A stretch of DNA of 59,276 bases from Chiloscyllium plagiosum (lineage: Eukaryota). Below, piece by piece: positions 40,440-53,440 of the stretch. The stretch lies in the NCBI RefSeq assembly GCF_004010195.1, contig NC_057720.1, positions 33,262,172-33,321,447 on the forward strand, written 5' to 3'. Made by a program: the position numbers and the translations under genes. The notes under the pieces were generated by a model. It had not been told where the DNA came from and ran no database searches. It saw nothing but the letters and a program-made list of their open reading frames with translations. The stretch's first letter is position 1; every line of letters begins with the position of its first letter.

Positions 40440-40915
40440 TCCGGATCCCTGGCACTTGCCTGGATGGGGCAGCTCCAACAACATTCAAGAAACTTGACAC
40501 TATCCAAGACCAAGCAACCTGCTTGACTGGCCCCACATCGCAAACATCCACTCTCTCCACCACTGATGCTCAGTATATGTACTGCCTACAGGATGCAGTG
40601 CAGAAATTCATTAAAGATCAATAGACAGCACTTCTCAAACCCATGATCACTTACATCTAGAAAGACAAGGGCAGCAGATACATGGGCACACCACTACCTG
40701 CAAGTTCCCCTCCAAGTCACTCACTATCCTGACTTGGAAATATATCGCCATTCCTTTACTGGAATTCCCACCTGAATGTTTGTGGGTCAACCCACAGCAG
40801 GTAGACTGCAGCGGTTCAAGAAGGCAGCTCATCGCCACCTTCTCAAGGGTGACTAGGGACAGACAATAAATGCTGGCCCAGCCAGCAATGCCGACATCCC
40901 ACAAAGAATTTTTAA
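40440..40915 (+). mobile_element. CR1-group LINE 3' fragment
   Basis: AAPTTFKKLDTIQDQA; tail aataaatgctggcccagccagc. Confidence 0.75.
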
Positions 40916-41852
40916 AAAGCCAAGTGAAATCAGACCTGTGCTTTTCCAAAGGTCTTGCAGTTGTCCTATATTTCTGTACCAAAAGAATATGTCTTTCCTT
41001 CATTTTTGAAATGCACCTCTTGGCACACTAATAACAGAAACAGATAGATCTTGCATCCTCATTTTTTTGAAACTAAGGTTATTCATCTATGGTCTGAAGT
41101 CAAATCATTGAGAGATGAATGTCTGTAAGTTGTTTCACACCTAAAGCAAATTACTGAACCAATTTCATTTCAGGTGCCTTTATACCACTCATCTAGTATT
41201 GGAGAAAGAATTTCTGTACAAGCTAATATGTATGGCATGACTCCATTATTATATAATTTAAGTATTTCTTTGGATTCCTCTTACTGTTGCCTGTAACCAT
41301 TTTCTTTTACCTTCCAATAGCTTCTAACACTTATTTAACTTCAACTGCTGTATGTGCAGTTCCCCTATTAGCACTAGGACTCTTGATGAGTACTGGGCTG
41401 CAGCAATAGTCAGACATGACAGAAAGTTAGCAAATACCCAGTACTGCTTTTTCTCTCCAACTATTCATGACATTGTGGTGAACAGATTTGCAAGGAATGA
41501 GAGAAAATAACATTAAAGAAGGGGAGAGAAAAAAAATTAAACAACACCTCAGCCAAAAAGCAGCTATAATGAAGAGATTGGATTGATGGTGTCAAATTGG
41601 TGATTATAACAGTGTGGGGAAAAATCTGCCACCTGGTCTGCCCATAGTAGGGCCACACAGAACATAGGAAAGCAAGCTTGGCCAAACTATTCTAGAAACC
41701 CCAGAATGCCTCCGCAGTGACCAAACAGGCTGACAAGCAAAACCAGACAGAACTATAGTCACTCGCAGACAAGGGAATACACTTCCCAAAACACACTAAC
41801 AATACCCAGTCAACGCAGCTGTCCCAAAGCCCCATGGGCAGTCTCAAAACAC

Positions 41853-42120
41853 TGAGAATGCAACTTTTAAAAAAAGGTTTTGTGATTTACACATGAAAGA
41901 AGTGAAACTATCATGGTATTCGAACAGACGAAAGACTCAACATACAATCAAGGTATTTTTCAATGTATAATTTCAGTTACATCACATTGTAAATTTTGCC
42001 ATAAATTCTGTGCCTTACAATTGTGTACTCTACAACTACCTGATGAAGGAGCAACGCTCCGAAAGCTAGTGCTTCCAATTAAATCTGTTGGACTATAACC
42101 TGGTGTTGTGTGATTTTTAA
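41853..42120 (+). mobile_element. Penelope-like element (family C) nested in the LTR
   Basis: Perfect 10-bp direct repeat ctcaaaacac at 41843-41852 and 42121-42130; contains a hammerhead core. Confidence 0.85.
42037..42071 (+). ncRNA. Minimal type-I hammerhead ribozyme motif with intact core
   Basis: UAC-CUGAUGA-A-GGAGC aac GCUCC-GAAA-G-CUA-GUG; AGCU palindrome at the stem III position. Confidence 0.7.
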
Positions 42121-42944
42121 CTCAAAACACAGCAATACCAAAGCCACACAAAGGACAGGTCAGACAGAAAGGCATCAAAGGACCTCGCTCCCAGAACAGA
42201 AACAATGGAAAGCACCTTACTGTTTCAAAAGAGACATACTCAGTTACCTGCAAAGAGAGCTGTAATCTCCTGATCCCATCAAGAACTCATTGATACTGTC
42301 AGGATACTATATTGTATCGACAATCAGGACATTCTTCCGATAACTATTTTTCAATTATCATCATTGTAACTGGATTATTTAATTTCCAAATGCATTGTAT
42401 CTTTCCCTATTTATTATACAAGGTTCCAATAAAACCTGGCTTCATCCTCAGCTTGAGGAGAGAACTCTCAGCTACCTGGACAGACTGTCTGTGCTGTTTC
42501 AGTTTCGTCAAGTGCTCTTCCGCAATATCGCCGTACTAATAAACTGTTTGTCAATTTCACTTCAAATTGTGCTTTGTGATCTCTAATTTATTGGGCTAAT
42601 TTCTCCAACAAACAGTTATTGAGCACACAGTAACTTCATGATTATTTCCAGATTGTGTAGTTGAAACTTGAAGTCATGAAAATTACAACAAAATCATTGA
42701 CCTCATTTTCTCATGTTTGTAATATTGGAGACTTATTTTACTTGTTTTAACTGAAAGTGTTCACCTATTACCAAAACATTTGATTCCATAAAATCTTGGA
42801 ATATTAACAAATGCTTAAAATTGACAACAGCTACGCAAAGTTTAACTCATGAGTAATGTAAGCCACAAACGAAACGTGATGATCCATCGAGTAACTGGTT
42901 CATGATTGTTGAGACACTGAACATAAGCAGCCTTTTTCTAATAC

Positions 42945-43061
42945 CATAGCAATTTTTAGAATCTCTTGAGTAATTCTTCCAAACAGGGAAGGAAGCACCC
43001 ACTGAAATCCCATTGACCAAGTTAGAGAAGTAATCATTAATACAGGGAATGCAATCAAAAA
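42945..43061 (-). CDS. Candidate 117-nt exon, phase-0 reading FLIAFPVLMITSLTWSMGFQWVLPSLFGRITQEILKIAM
   Basis: Acceptor cattttctgttcactag; donor ATG/gtatta; open in two frames; non-repetitive. Confidence 0.4.
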
Positions 43062-43910
43062 CTAGTGAACAGAAAATGATTTTGTGCAATTTCTTATAAA
43101 TAGGGTCAATGATCAATCACACCTTGCCATGTTTTTGCTGTGTAGGACTGTACAGTTAGTATAAGATGAATAACCACATCAATCCCAGCAAACTGAAAGA
43201 GAAATAACTTTATATCCCATCTATAATGACCGCATTGTACAGTTTCCCCTAGTCTAGTGAGGCAGAATTAAATATTGCCAGGAGAACTGAAATAAGTTTA
43301 CTGAACAAACAAATAATATCCTCCTATTTCAGAACCATAGACAATGTACTACATAGTATGAATTAACACATTGGCTGAACTAAGGAGAGTTCAAAAACAA
43401 AGTACATTAAAATAATCTGTCGGGAAATTATGTGCATTTTAATTGAATGCTCTTTACAAGGTACAAGGGTTCATGCAATCAAAAGACTGGTGTCTCAGGA
43501 GTGTAATTGGGATGGAAGAGACAGCATAGAAAACAAAGCCCTGATTAAAATCACACTGAGTTTGGAATGAAGGAAGAATTAGAGCAAGGAGAAATGGTTC
43601 CCCAGAATGGTTTTGTTACTTTAAAATAAGTTAAAGAATATGTATATATATAAATAAATGAAAGATTAAAGTACCTCTCTTGTTGGCTTTTCGAGGCTAT
43701 AATTTGAAACTGTCTTACTGGCGAAATAACTCAACTAAATTGAAATAGGTAGAACTAAACTAAATGTCAGAGTCACTGTCTGTCAGTGCAGCACTAAACA
43801 TGATCTTTTGTTAGCCATAATACATTAAAAATTCTCTTAATAGTAAAATATAATTAATTTTAAATGTTAGAATGCATTACAAAGGGTAGAGTTAGATTTC
43901 TTTTTAATAC

Positions 43911-43995
43911 CTCATTGCAATTTCAAACCCACCCTTCACAGCTATCTCTGGATGAATTAATCTCTCCTAAATCAAAGCTCAGATCATCAGAAATC
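43911..43995 (-). CDS. Candidate short exon: either 43911-43966 (ERLIHPEIAVKGGFEIAM) or 43933-43995 (ISDDLSFDLGEINSSRDSCEG)
   Basis: Strong acceptor tttctttttctgcag with donor GG/gtgggt, or acceptor tttgatttag with donor GAG/gtatta. Confidence 0.3.
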
Positions 43996-44684
43996 CTGCA
44001 GAAAAAGAAATTCAAGCTCCAAGAAAACTAAAATCCACTAGTAAAGATTGCATTTTTAAGATTCATTCAGACTATGTAGTTTTTGCATCTATGAATTGGA
44101 ATGAGTCTGAATTCCAACCAGATTTGTTCCAAAGTAACTTTGATTTATCAGAATTTGCCTAGATTATCTTTTCCTACATAATTCATAGTGAGCATCACAT
44201 CAGAAGGAATTAATTGGATGTAAAGCACTTTGGAATATCCTAGGGAATTAATGAGGCACTATATTAATGCAAGTTCTTTCATGTGCCTCCAGTGCTGGCC
44301 AATCTACATAAACATTACAATAGTTGTTACTCTCAATAACTCATGGAAGTAACTATAAAACTGACAATGGTCAGCATCAGTTATTATGTTCTATACCATG
44401 GGGGGTCAAAGCTGCACTTGCACCACAGTTTTATTACCTACACAATAAGTCTTCAATTTTTGCCTGACCATAAGAGAGCTAACCTGTACTGAATTTACGC
44501 ACTAGCCAGAATCTTGACAGAGGCTGGGTTCCAGCTGTGGACTAACAGAAAAGTAATGGACAAAGACACCTTGAAGAATTAAGATAGGAAGCTCTTTTCT
44601 GTATTAAAGAAACTAGATAACACAAGTTTTATGCCACCTGTTGTGGTATTTTCCCCAAAGGATCACCTCTGGCACCTTTATAGT

Positions 44685-44891
44685 TCTGGATGTAGGTTTG
44701 CTCGCTGAGCTGGAAGGTTCATTTTCAGACATTTCATCACCATACTAGGTAACATCCTCAGTGACAAAAGCCAATTTCATCTGCAGGCTCACTGAAGATG
44801 TAACCTAATCTGAAAATGAACCTTCCAGCTCAGCGAGCAAACCTACATCCAGAACCTCAACCTGGGCTACAAATTTTCTCAAAACTTGCTA
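44685..44891. mobile_element. Palindromic miniature Penelope-like element (family D)
   Basis: Perfect 47-bp inverted repeat 44683-44729 / 44809-44855; TSD acctttaYagt at 44674-44684 and 44892-44902. Confidence 0.88.
44725..44764 (-). ncRNA. Minimal hammerhead ribozyme motif
   Basis: Minus strand UCA-CUGAGGA-U-GUUACC uaguau GGUGAU-GAAA-U-GUC-UGA. Confidence 0.6.
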
Positions 44892-45499
44892 ACCTTTACA
44901 GTATTTGCCACCTCTATCAGAATGCAGTACTCATTAAAAAGATGTTTAAGCTAGTTTGCTATGACCAGTCTTCTCTTATCTTTACTTTGCCTGGGGCCTT
45001 TTCAGTGATTATTGCTCAAAGATACTTCAGTAGAAAGTATCCACAAAAGAGGCACTGTTCTGAGATAACAAGATGGTTATTGCATGATAGCCATAAGTAA
45101 AAAATATTTGGTCAGGCATAATTACCAGGATTCTTTGGCATTTAGAACAAATAAATCTACTCCCTCTGAAAGCTCAAGTAAAACTCCTTGGGCAGAATCT
45201 TATATTTTTTGGTTTTAGTTTTTTAGAGAGACGTATCTTGTCGTTGTATTTTACTGAACAGCACATATCCCAGAATTCATCAGGATCCCTTGCATCCATG
45301 ACATCTTTCAATGGCCATTGTGCACCTGGACAAGTGCTGTTTGTTGGAGGGTGTGATGTCATATCTTGTCCAAATGAAGGTGGGGTGTATTTCAGTTGTC
45401 ATTTGGCAGAGCAGATGACACCAACTATTATTAGAATATGAGAACAAACACAAGGCTGAAACATGTGCAATGATCTTCAACTAAAAATTCCACTGATGA

Positions 45500-46530
45500 T
45501 GGCATTGTCTACATGGACTTCAGCAAGTCGTTCGATAAGGTTCCACACAGTAGACTGTTCAGTAAGGTTAGATCACATGGAATCCTGGGTGAGTTAGCCA
45601 AAAATGGATCCAAAATTGGCTTGAAGGTAGGAGAAAAAAAATGTGGTGATAGATGGTTGTTGTTTGGACTGTTGGCCTGTGACCAGCTGCGTGCTGCAAG
45701 AATCAATGTTGAGTCCATTGCTTTTCATCATTTATATAACTGATTTCGATGCGAATTCAGGAGGTATGGTTATTACGTTTGCAGATTACACCAGTGTTTG
45801 AGTATATTGGGCAGTGAAGAAGGTTATCTCAATGTACAACGGTACCTTGATAAGATGGGCCAATGGGCTGAAGAGTGGTAGCTGGAGTTTAATTTAGATA
45901 AAGGTGAGGTGTTGTATTTTGGTAAGACAGACCAGCCCAGGACTTATACAGTTAATGGTAGGGTTCAAGGAAGTGTTGCCAAGCAAAGAGAACTAAGGGT
46001 GCAGGTACATAGTTCTTTGAAAGTGGAGTCACAGGTAGACAGGGTGGTGAGGGAGGCATTTAGCATGCTTACCTTCATTAGTCAGTGCATTGAATATGGG
46101 AGTTGAGACTTCACGTTGCAGGTGTACAGGCCACTGCGTTCAATTCAAATCTCCTTGCTGTAAAAAAAATGATTAAACTTGAAAGGGTTCAGAAATGATT
46201 TACAAGGATGTTGCTCGGACTGGAGGGTTTGAGATATATGGAGACGCTGAATAGAATGGCACTTCTTTCCCTGGCTCGATGGAGGCTGAGAAGTGACCTT
46301 ATAGAAATTCATAAAATCATGGGGGGTCAAGAATAGAGTGAATAACCAAGATCCTTTTCCCAGGAAGGTCGAGTCCAAAAGTACGCAGCATAGGTTTAAG
46401 GTGAGGGGAGTAAGATTTAAAACGGACCTAAGGGGCATACAGAGGATAGTTCATATATGGAACGAGCTGCTAGAGTAGGTGGTAGAGGCTGGTACAATTA
46501 CAGTGTTGAAAAGGCATCTGGATGGGTATA
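45500..46530 (+). mobile_element. CR1 RT fragment; its 3' UTR resumes at about 49890-50010
   Basis: MDFSKSFDKVPHSRL; gatgggtatat joins gaataggaagggttt. Confidence 0.9.
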
Positions 46531-49500
46531 TTAATCCTCTAACTAAAAGATAAGGTTCTGTGCACCGGATTGGTAAGGTAAATCGATGTTTTTTTTCTAC
46601 ATCCTTCATTTTTCTACAGTCTCTTTGGGAATTTAGAATAGTGGGAAAGGTGGTTAGGGCAGTTGAATATTCCTCCTGCAGAATGTGGGAGGTAAGGTTC
46701 ACCACTAGTGTCCCTGCTGACTTCATCTGCGGGAAGTACACCCAACTCCAGCTCCTTGAAAACCGCATTAGGGAACTGGAGTTGGAGTTGGATGAACTTC
46801 GGATCATTCAGGAGGCAGAGGGGGTTGAGAGGAGTTACACAGTCACACCTCAAGTACAAGAAGAAGGTAGATGGGTTACTGTCAGGAGATGGAAAGAGGA
46901 CCAGTAGGCAGCGCAGGGAAGCCCTGTAGTAATCCCCCTCAGCAACAAGTATACCGTTTTGGATATTGTTTGGGGGGGGAGGAGATCTTACCAGGGAGAA
47001 GCCGTGGGGTACAGGTCTCTGGCACAGAAGGGAAAGGGGCAGATGAGCAGAGCATTAGTCAATGGGCACTCCATTGTTAGGGGGACACATGGGAGGTTCT
47101 GTGAAACGAGAGAGATTCATGGTTGGTGTGTTGCCTCCCAGGTGCCAGGGTTCGTGATGTCTCTGATTGTATTTTTGGGATCCTTGAGGGGGAGGGGGTG
47201 CAGCCCCAAGTCATGGCCCACATAGGCACCAATGACATAGGTAGGAAGAGAGATGGGGATTTAAGGCAGAAATTCAGGGAGCTAGGATGGAAGCTTAGAG
47301 CTAGAACAAACAGAGTTGTTGTCTCTGGTTTGTTGCCAGTGCCACATGCTAGTGAGGCGAGGAATAGGGAAAGAGAGGAGTTGAACATGTGGCTATAGGG
47401 ATGGTGAGGGGGAAGGGTTTCAGATACCCTTCCTCAGTGGATAATTGGGGCTCATTCTGGACCTCTACAAACAGAATAGTCTACACCTGAACCAGAGGGG
47501 TAGCAATATCCTGGGGGAAAAATGTGTGAATGCTTTTTGGGAGGGTTTAAACTAGTTCAGCAGGGGTTTGGGAACCTAAATTGTCGTTCCAGTGTCCAGG
47601 TGATTGATAGTAGTGGGGTCAGAAATAAGGTTTCAATGTCGCAAGAGTTCACCAGCAAGCAGGAAGTTGGGTTGAAGTGTGTCTACTTCAACACCAGGAG
47701 TAGCTGGAATAAGATGAGTGAACTTGCAGTGTGGGTTGGTATCTGGGACTTCGATGTTGTGGCCATTTTGGAGACATGGATAGAACAGGAACAGGAATGG
47801 TTGTTACAGGTTCCGGGGTTTGGATGTTTCAGTAAGAACAGAGAAGATGGTAAAAGAGGGGGGGGGAATTTTTAGTCAAGGACAGTATAACGGTGGCAAA
47901 AAGGATGTTTGAGGACTCATCTACTGAGGTAGTATGGGCTGAGGCAAGAAACAGAAAGGAAAGGCACCCTGTTGGGAGTTTTCTAGAGGAAAGGATAGCA
48001 AAGATAACTCTGGATTGGAGCAAGAGTAACAGGGTGGTTGTTATGGGGGACTTTAACTTTCCAAATATTGACTGGAAATATTAAAGTTTGGTACTGTAGT
48101 TGGGTCAGTTTTTGTCCAATGTGTGCAGGAGGGTTCCCTGACACAGTATGTAGATGAGCCAACAAGGGTGAGGTCACATTGGATTTGGTACTGTGTAATA
48201 AACCTGGAGAGGTGTTAGATTTGGAGGTAGGTGAGCACTTTGGAAATAGTGACCACAATTTGGTTATGTTACTTTAGTGATAGAAAGGGATAATTATATA
48301 ATGCAAGGCCAGAATTATTGCTGGAGGAAAGACAATTGTGATGCAATTGGGCAAGGTTTAGAATGCACAGGATGGGGAAGGGAACTGCAAGGGATGGGCA
48401 CAATTGAAATGCGGAGCTTATTCAAGGAACAGTTACTGTGGGTCCTTGATACGCATGTACCTGTCAGGCAGGGCGAAAGTGGTTGAGCGAAGGAGCCGTG
48501 GTTTACTCAAGAAGTTGAATCTCTTGTCAAGAGGAAGAAGAAGGCTTATGTTAGGATGAGACATGAAGGCACAGTTAGGACACTTGAGAGTTACAAGTTA
48601 GCCAGGAACTACCTAAAGAGAGAGCTAAGAAAAACCTGGAGGGGACATGAGAAGTTGTTGGCAGATTTGAACAAGGAAAAGCCTAAAGCTTTCTATAGGT
48701 ATATCAGGAATAAAGGAATGATGTGAGAGAGATTAGGGACAATCAAGGTTAGTAGTGGGAAGTTGTGTGTGGAATCCAAGGAGATGGGGAAGCACTAAGT
48801 AAATATTTTTCGTCAGTATTCACACTGGAAAAAGACAACGTTGTCAAGGAGACTACTGAGATACAGTCTACTTGATTAGATGGGATTGAGGTTCACAAGG
48901 AGGAGGTGTTAACAATTCTGGAAAGTGTGAAAATAGATAAGTCCCCTGGGCCAGTTAGGGTTTATCCTAGGATTCTCTGAGAAGTCAGGGAGGAGATTGC
49001 AGAGCCTTTTGCTAGGTTATTTTCCCAAGGTTTCACACACAAGATGCAATTTGCACACACCAACTTCTGCAAACAGTTAAAGTTTATTAAAGCCTGTACA
49101 AGCTGGGTGACCCCCTTTGACACTTTACACAGGCGTGCAAAGTCGAATCAAAGAGGCCCCGAACAAAGAAAACACATCCTCTTTATATAGGTCAGTTGGT
49201 AATGCTCACATGTACTCTGCCTCCTCCCCATAACCACATGTTACCCCAAGTACAATGGTAGGATGAGGTCATCCTCGGAGATAATAAAATGTAAATGCCC
49301 TAATCCTGGAGAATCATTAAGCAAACGATTTCCTGACTTAGTGATTCCCTGAAACAATGGAGGTGTGATCTGGTGTGGCCACACTTGGAGTATTGCATAC
49401 AGTTCTGGTCACTGTATTACAGGAAGGATGTGAAAGCTTTGGAAAGATGAGGTTTACTAGGATGTTGCCTGATATGAAGGGAAGGTCTTATGAGGAAAGG

Positions 49501-49890
49501 CTGAGGGAGTTTAGATTGTTATTGTTAGAGAGAAGAAGTTTTGAGGTGACTTAATTGAGACAAAAAAGATAATCAGAGGGTTAGATAGGGTGGACAGTGA
49601 GAACCTTTTTCCTCAGATGGTGATGGCTAGCACGAGGGGACATAGCTTTAAATTGAGGGGTGATAGATATAGGACAGATGTTAGAGGTAGTTTCTTTCCT
49701 CAGAGAGTATCTGGGGCGTGGAACACACTGCCTGAAACAATAGTAGACTTGCCAACTTTAAGGGCATTTAAATGGTCACTGGATGAAAATGGAATAGTGA
49801 GGGACAGATAGGCTTCAGATTGGTTCCACAGGTCAGCACAGCATCGAGGGCCAAAGGGCCTGTACTGTGCTGTAATGTTCTATGTTCTAT
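46531..49890 (+). mobile_element. CR1 with ORF1 (zinc finger/leucine zipper plus SGNH esterase) and endonuclease; RT core missing
   Basis: CRMWE..FICGK..LQLLENRIRELELELDEL; CLPGARVRDV..HIGTNDIG..VVVSGLLP; VVMGDFNFPNIDW. Confidence 0.92.
49012..49368 (-). mobile_element. LTR-like fragment at the point where the CR1 RT core is missing
   Basis: Non-CR1 sequence with minus-strand TATAAA (49182-49187) about 100 bp upstream of AATAAA (49083-49088). Confidence 0.45.
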
Positions 49891-50019
49891 GAATAGGAAG
49901 GGTTTAGAGGGATGTAGGCCAAATACTGGAAAATGGAATTATATTAGGTTAGGATATCTATTTGTCATGGATGAATTGGACCAAAGGATCTGTTTCTGTG
50001 CTGTATAACTTTATACAGA

Positions 50020-52238
50020 ATGGTGGTGATGGGAGATTTTAATTTTCCCAACTTTGACTAGGGTATACTTAGTGTCAAGAGGTCTGAATGGGGCAGAATT
50101 TGTAAGGAGCAGCCATAAAAGTTTTCGAGAGCAGTATGCCACTGGTCCAACTAGGGAAGGTGCCATATTGGACCTGGTGTTGGGGAATGAGCCAGGCGAG
50201 GTGGTAGAAATTGTAGTGGGGGATTTCTTTGGGAATAGTGACCACAATCCTGTAAGTTTTAGAATACTCATGGTCAAGATGAGAGTGGTCCTAAGGAAAG
50301 AGTACTAAACTGGGCCAAGGCCAATTATATCAAAATTTGGCAGGACTGGGAAATGTGGATTGGGGGCAGCTATTTGAAGGGAAGTCCATATTTGATATGT
50401 GGGAGGCTTTCAAAGATATGTTGAAGATAATGCAGGATAGGCATGTCCCTTTGAAAACAAGGGATAGGAAAGGCAAGATTCGTGAAACATGGATGACTGG
50501 ATGACATGGATGACATGCAACTAGCCAAGAGGAAAAGGGAAGCTTACATAAGGTCCAGGTAGCTAAGAACAGAACGGGCCCTGAAGGAATATCGGTAGAG
50601 TAGGACCAATCTTAAACGAGGAATAAAAAGGGCTAAAAGGGATTATGAAATAACCTTAGCAAGCAGAATTAAGAAGAATCCCAAGGCATTTTATTCATAT
50701 ATAAGAAGCAAGGGGGTTACTGGACAGAAGGTTGGTCCACTAAAGGATAAGAAAGGGAGGTTGTGTGTCAAACCTGAGAAAATGGGTGAGATTCTGAATA
50801 ATTACTTTGCATCAGTGCTCATTGAGGAGAGGGACATGATGAATGTTGAGATTAGATATAGAAGTTTGTTTATTCTGGATCATGTTGATATAAAGAGGGA
50901 GGATGTGTTGGATAGGCTAAAGGATATTAAGGTGGACAAATCCCCAGGACCAGATGGGATTTATCCCAGGTTGCTGAGGTAGGCTAGAGAGGAAATATCT
51001 GGGGCCCTTACAGATATCTTTGTAGCATCCTTAAACACAGGTGAAGTGCTGGAGAACTGGAGGGTTGCTAATGTTGTCTCCCTGTACAAGAAGGATGATG
51101 GGATATTCCAGGTAACTACAGACCAGTGAGCCTGACATCAATGGTGGGAAAGTTGCTGGAGAAGGTACTGAGGGATAGAATCTATTTATAAGAATGAACT
51201 TATCAGTCTTAGGCAACGTTGTTTTGTGCAGGGGAGATCATGCCTTATCAATTTAATAGAGTTCTTTGAGAAAGTGACTAAGTTGATAGATGAAGGAAGG
51301 GCTATAGATGTCATACACATGGACTTTAGTAAGGCGATTGATAAGGTTCCCCATGGTAAACTAATAGAGCAAGTGAAATCACATGGTGTGTAGGGTGTTC
51401 TAGCTAGGCAGATAAAGAACTGATTGAGAGTAGGAGTTGAAGGGAGTTTCTTGAAATGGAGAAAGGTGACCAGTGGTGTTCCACAGGGAGCAGTGCTGGT
51501 GCCACTGTTGTTTGAGATATACATAAATAATCTGGAAGAGGGCATTGGTGGTCTGATCAGTAAGTTTGCAGATGACATGAAGATTGATGGAGTAACAGAA
51601 AGCATGGGGGACTGTCAAAGAATACAGGAGAATATAGATAGACTGGAGAGTTGGGCGGAGAAGTGGCAGATGGAGTTCAATCCGGGCAAAATGAGGTGAT
51701 GCATTTTATGAAGTCTAATTCTAGAGCGAACTATACTGTAAACGGAAGAGCCTTGGGAAATATTAATGAGCAGAGAGATCTGGGAATTCAGGTCCATTGT
51801 ACCCTGAAGGTGGCTGCACAGGTGGATAGAGTGGTCAAGAAGACATATAGTATGCTTGCCTTCATCGGACAGGGTGTTGAGTATAACAGCGGCAAGTCAT
51901 GTTAAAATTGTACAAGACATTGGTTCGGCCACATTTAGAATACTATGTACAGTTCTAGTTGCCACATAGCCAAAAGGCTGTGGATGCTTTGGAGACGGTA
52001 TAGAGAAGGTTTACGAGGATGTTGCCTGGTATGGAAGGTGTTAGCTATGAAGAGACTTTGAGTAGGATTGTTTTCGTTAGAAAAAGGGAATTGAGGGAGG
52101 ATCTGATTGAGGTCTACAAAATCATGAAGGGTGCAGACAGGGTGGATAGAGATAAGCTTTTTCCTCAGGGTCAGGGATTCAATAATGAGAGGCCATGCGT
52201 TCAAGGTGAGAGGAGAAAAGTTTAAGGGGGATACACAT
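50020..52238 (+). mobile_element. CR1 ORF2, decayed
   Basis: PTREGAILDLVLGN..SDH; KSPGPDGIYPRLL; GVPQGAVL..KFADD. Confidence 0.95.
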
Positions 52239-52379
52239 TTTCTACCATCAGCAAAGTGACGCAAGTGTCATTGACATTTGCACTTGCACAGCATCAAACT
52301 GCTTACAGCACCCAGTTTGCATTCTGCCCGAGTAATTTAGCTGCTAACCCAATTACAGCATTGATCCCAGGACGGAGAA

Positions 52380-53440
52380 CAGAACTGACCTGAAAATGAA
52401 TATCAGAGCAACATTTGGTGGAGTATGACATTAAGGAGCATTAGCAAAATTGTAATCAGTGTGAAAGAGGGGTATACTGTCTGGTGGTTGGAGTCATTCC
52501 CAACACAAAGGAAGATGGTTATGATTTTTGGACATGGATCAGAAATGCAGGAGTTCCTCAGGATAGTGTCCTAGATCCAATCATCTTCAGCTGCTTCATC
52601 AGTGATCTTCCTTTCATCATAAGGTCTGGAAGAAAAGATATTCTCTGATAACTGCACAATGTTCAGCAACATTATGACTCCTCAGATATCGATGCAGCCC
52701 GTGTCCAATGCAACAGGCCTGGGCAATATTCAGTCTGAATTTGACAAATGCCACAAGTGCCGAGAAATGACTACCTCCCCTTGACATTCAGTGGCATTGT
52801 TGTCACTGAACCCTTCCCTTTCAACATCCTGGGGTTACTATTGACAAAATACTGAATGGGACAAGCCATACAAACACAATGGTTATATGAGGAGATTAGA
52901 GGCTTGGAATTCTGCGACAAGTAACTCACCTCCTAACTCCCCAACATCTGTCCACCATCAACGTGGCACATTTCAAGATATGAATGGAATACTCTTCACT
53001 GAGAGCAGCTCCAACAATTCTTAAGAAGGTCAACACTATCTAGGACAAGACATTGGTATGTTATTATGCTGTGCACCACCTTCAACATTCAATCCCTTTG
53101 CCAAAAATGTAGAGGCAGCAGTGTATACCATCTGCAACGTCAATTTCCACAATTCACTAGGATTCCTTCAACAGCATCTTCCCAAACTTCAAACTTCATC
53201 TCTTAGCACGCACAGACGCATGGCAACACCACAATCTACCTATCACAAACCAGTCTGACTTGGAACTAAATGCTGTTTTTTCACTGTTGCTGGGTAAATA
53301 TCCCAGAACTTGTGCCCCATAGCAATGTGGATGTGTCTATACCACATAGAATGCAGCTGTTCAACGAAGCAGCTCACTATCAGTTAGGGCAATCAGGGAT
53401 GAGCAATAAATGTTGCTTGACTAGTGATGCCCACAATTCA
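52380..53440 (+). mobile_element. Old CR1-group LINE 3' portion
   Basis: ggagttcctcaggatagtgtcctag (GVPQxSVL); tail as at 40855-40905. Confidence 0.75.

Larger units (their letters stand above)
41613..42610 (+). mobile_element. Solo LTR with perfect 5-bp TSD
   Basis: aacag|TGTGGGGAAAAA...TTTCTCCAACA|aacag (TSD 41608-41612 and 42611-42615); AATAAA near 42428 and 42538. Confidence 0.85.

Noticed and set aside
45174..45441. Overlapping short ORFs on both strands
   Set aside because: Ambiguous strand, weak donors, no recognisable homology
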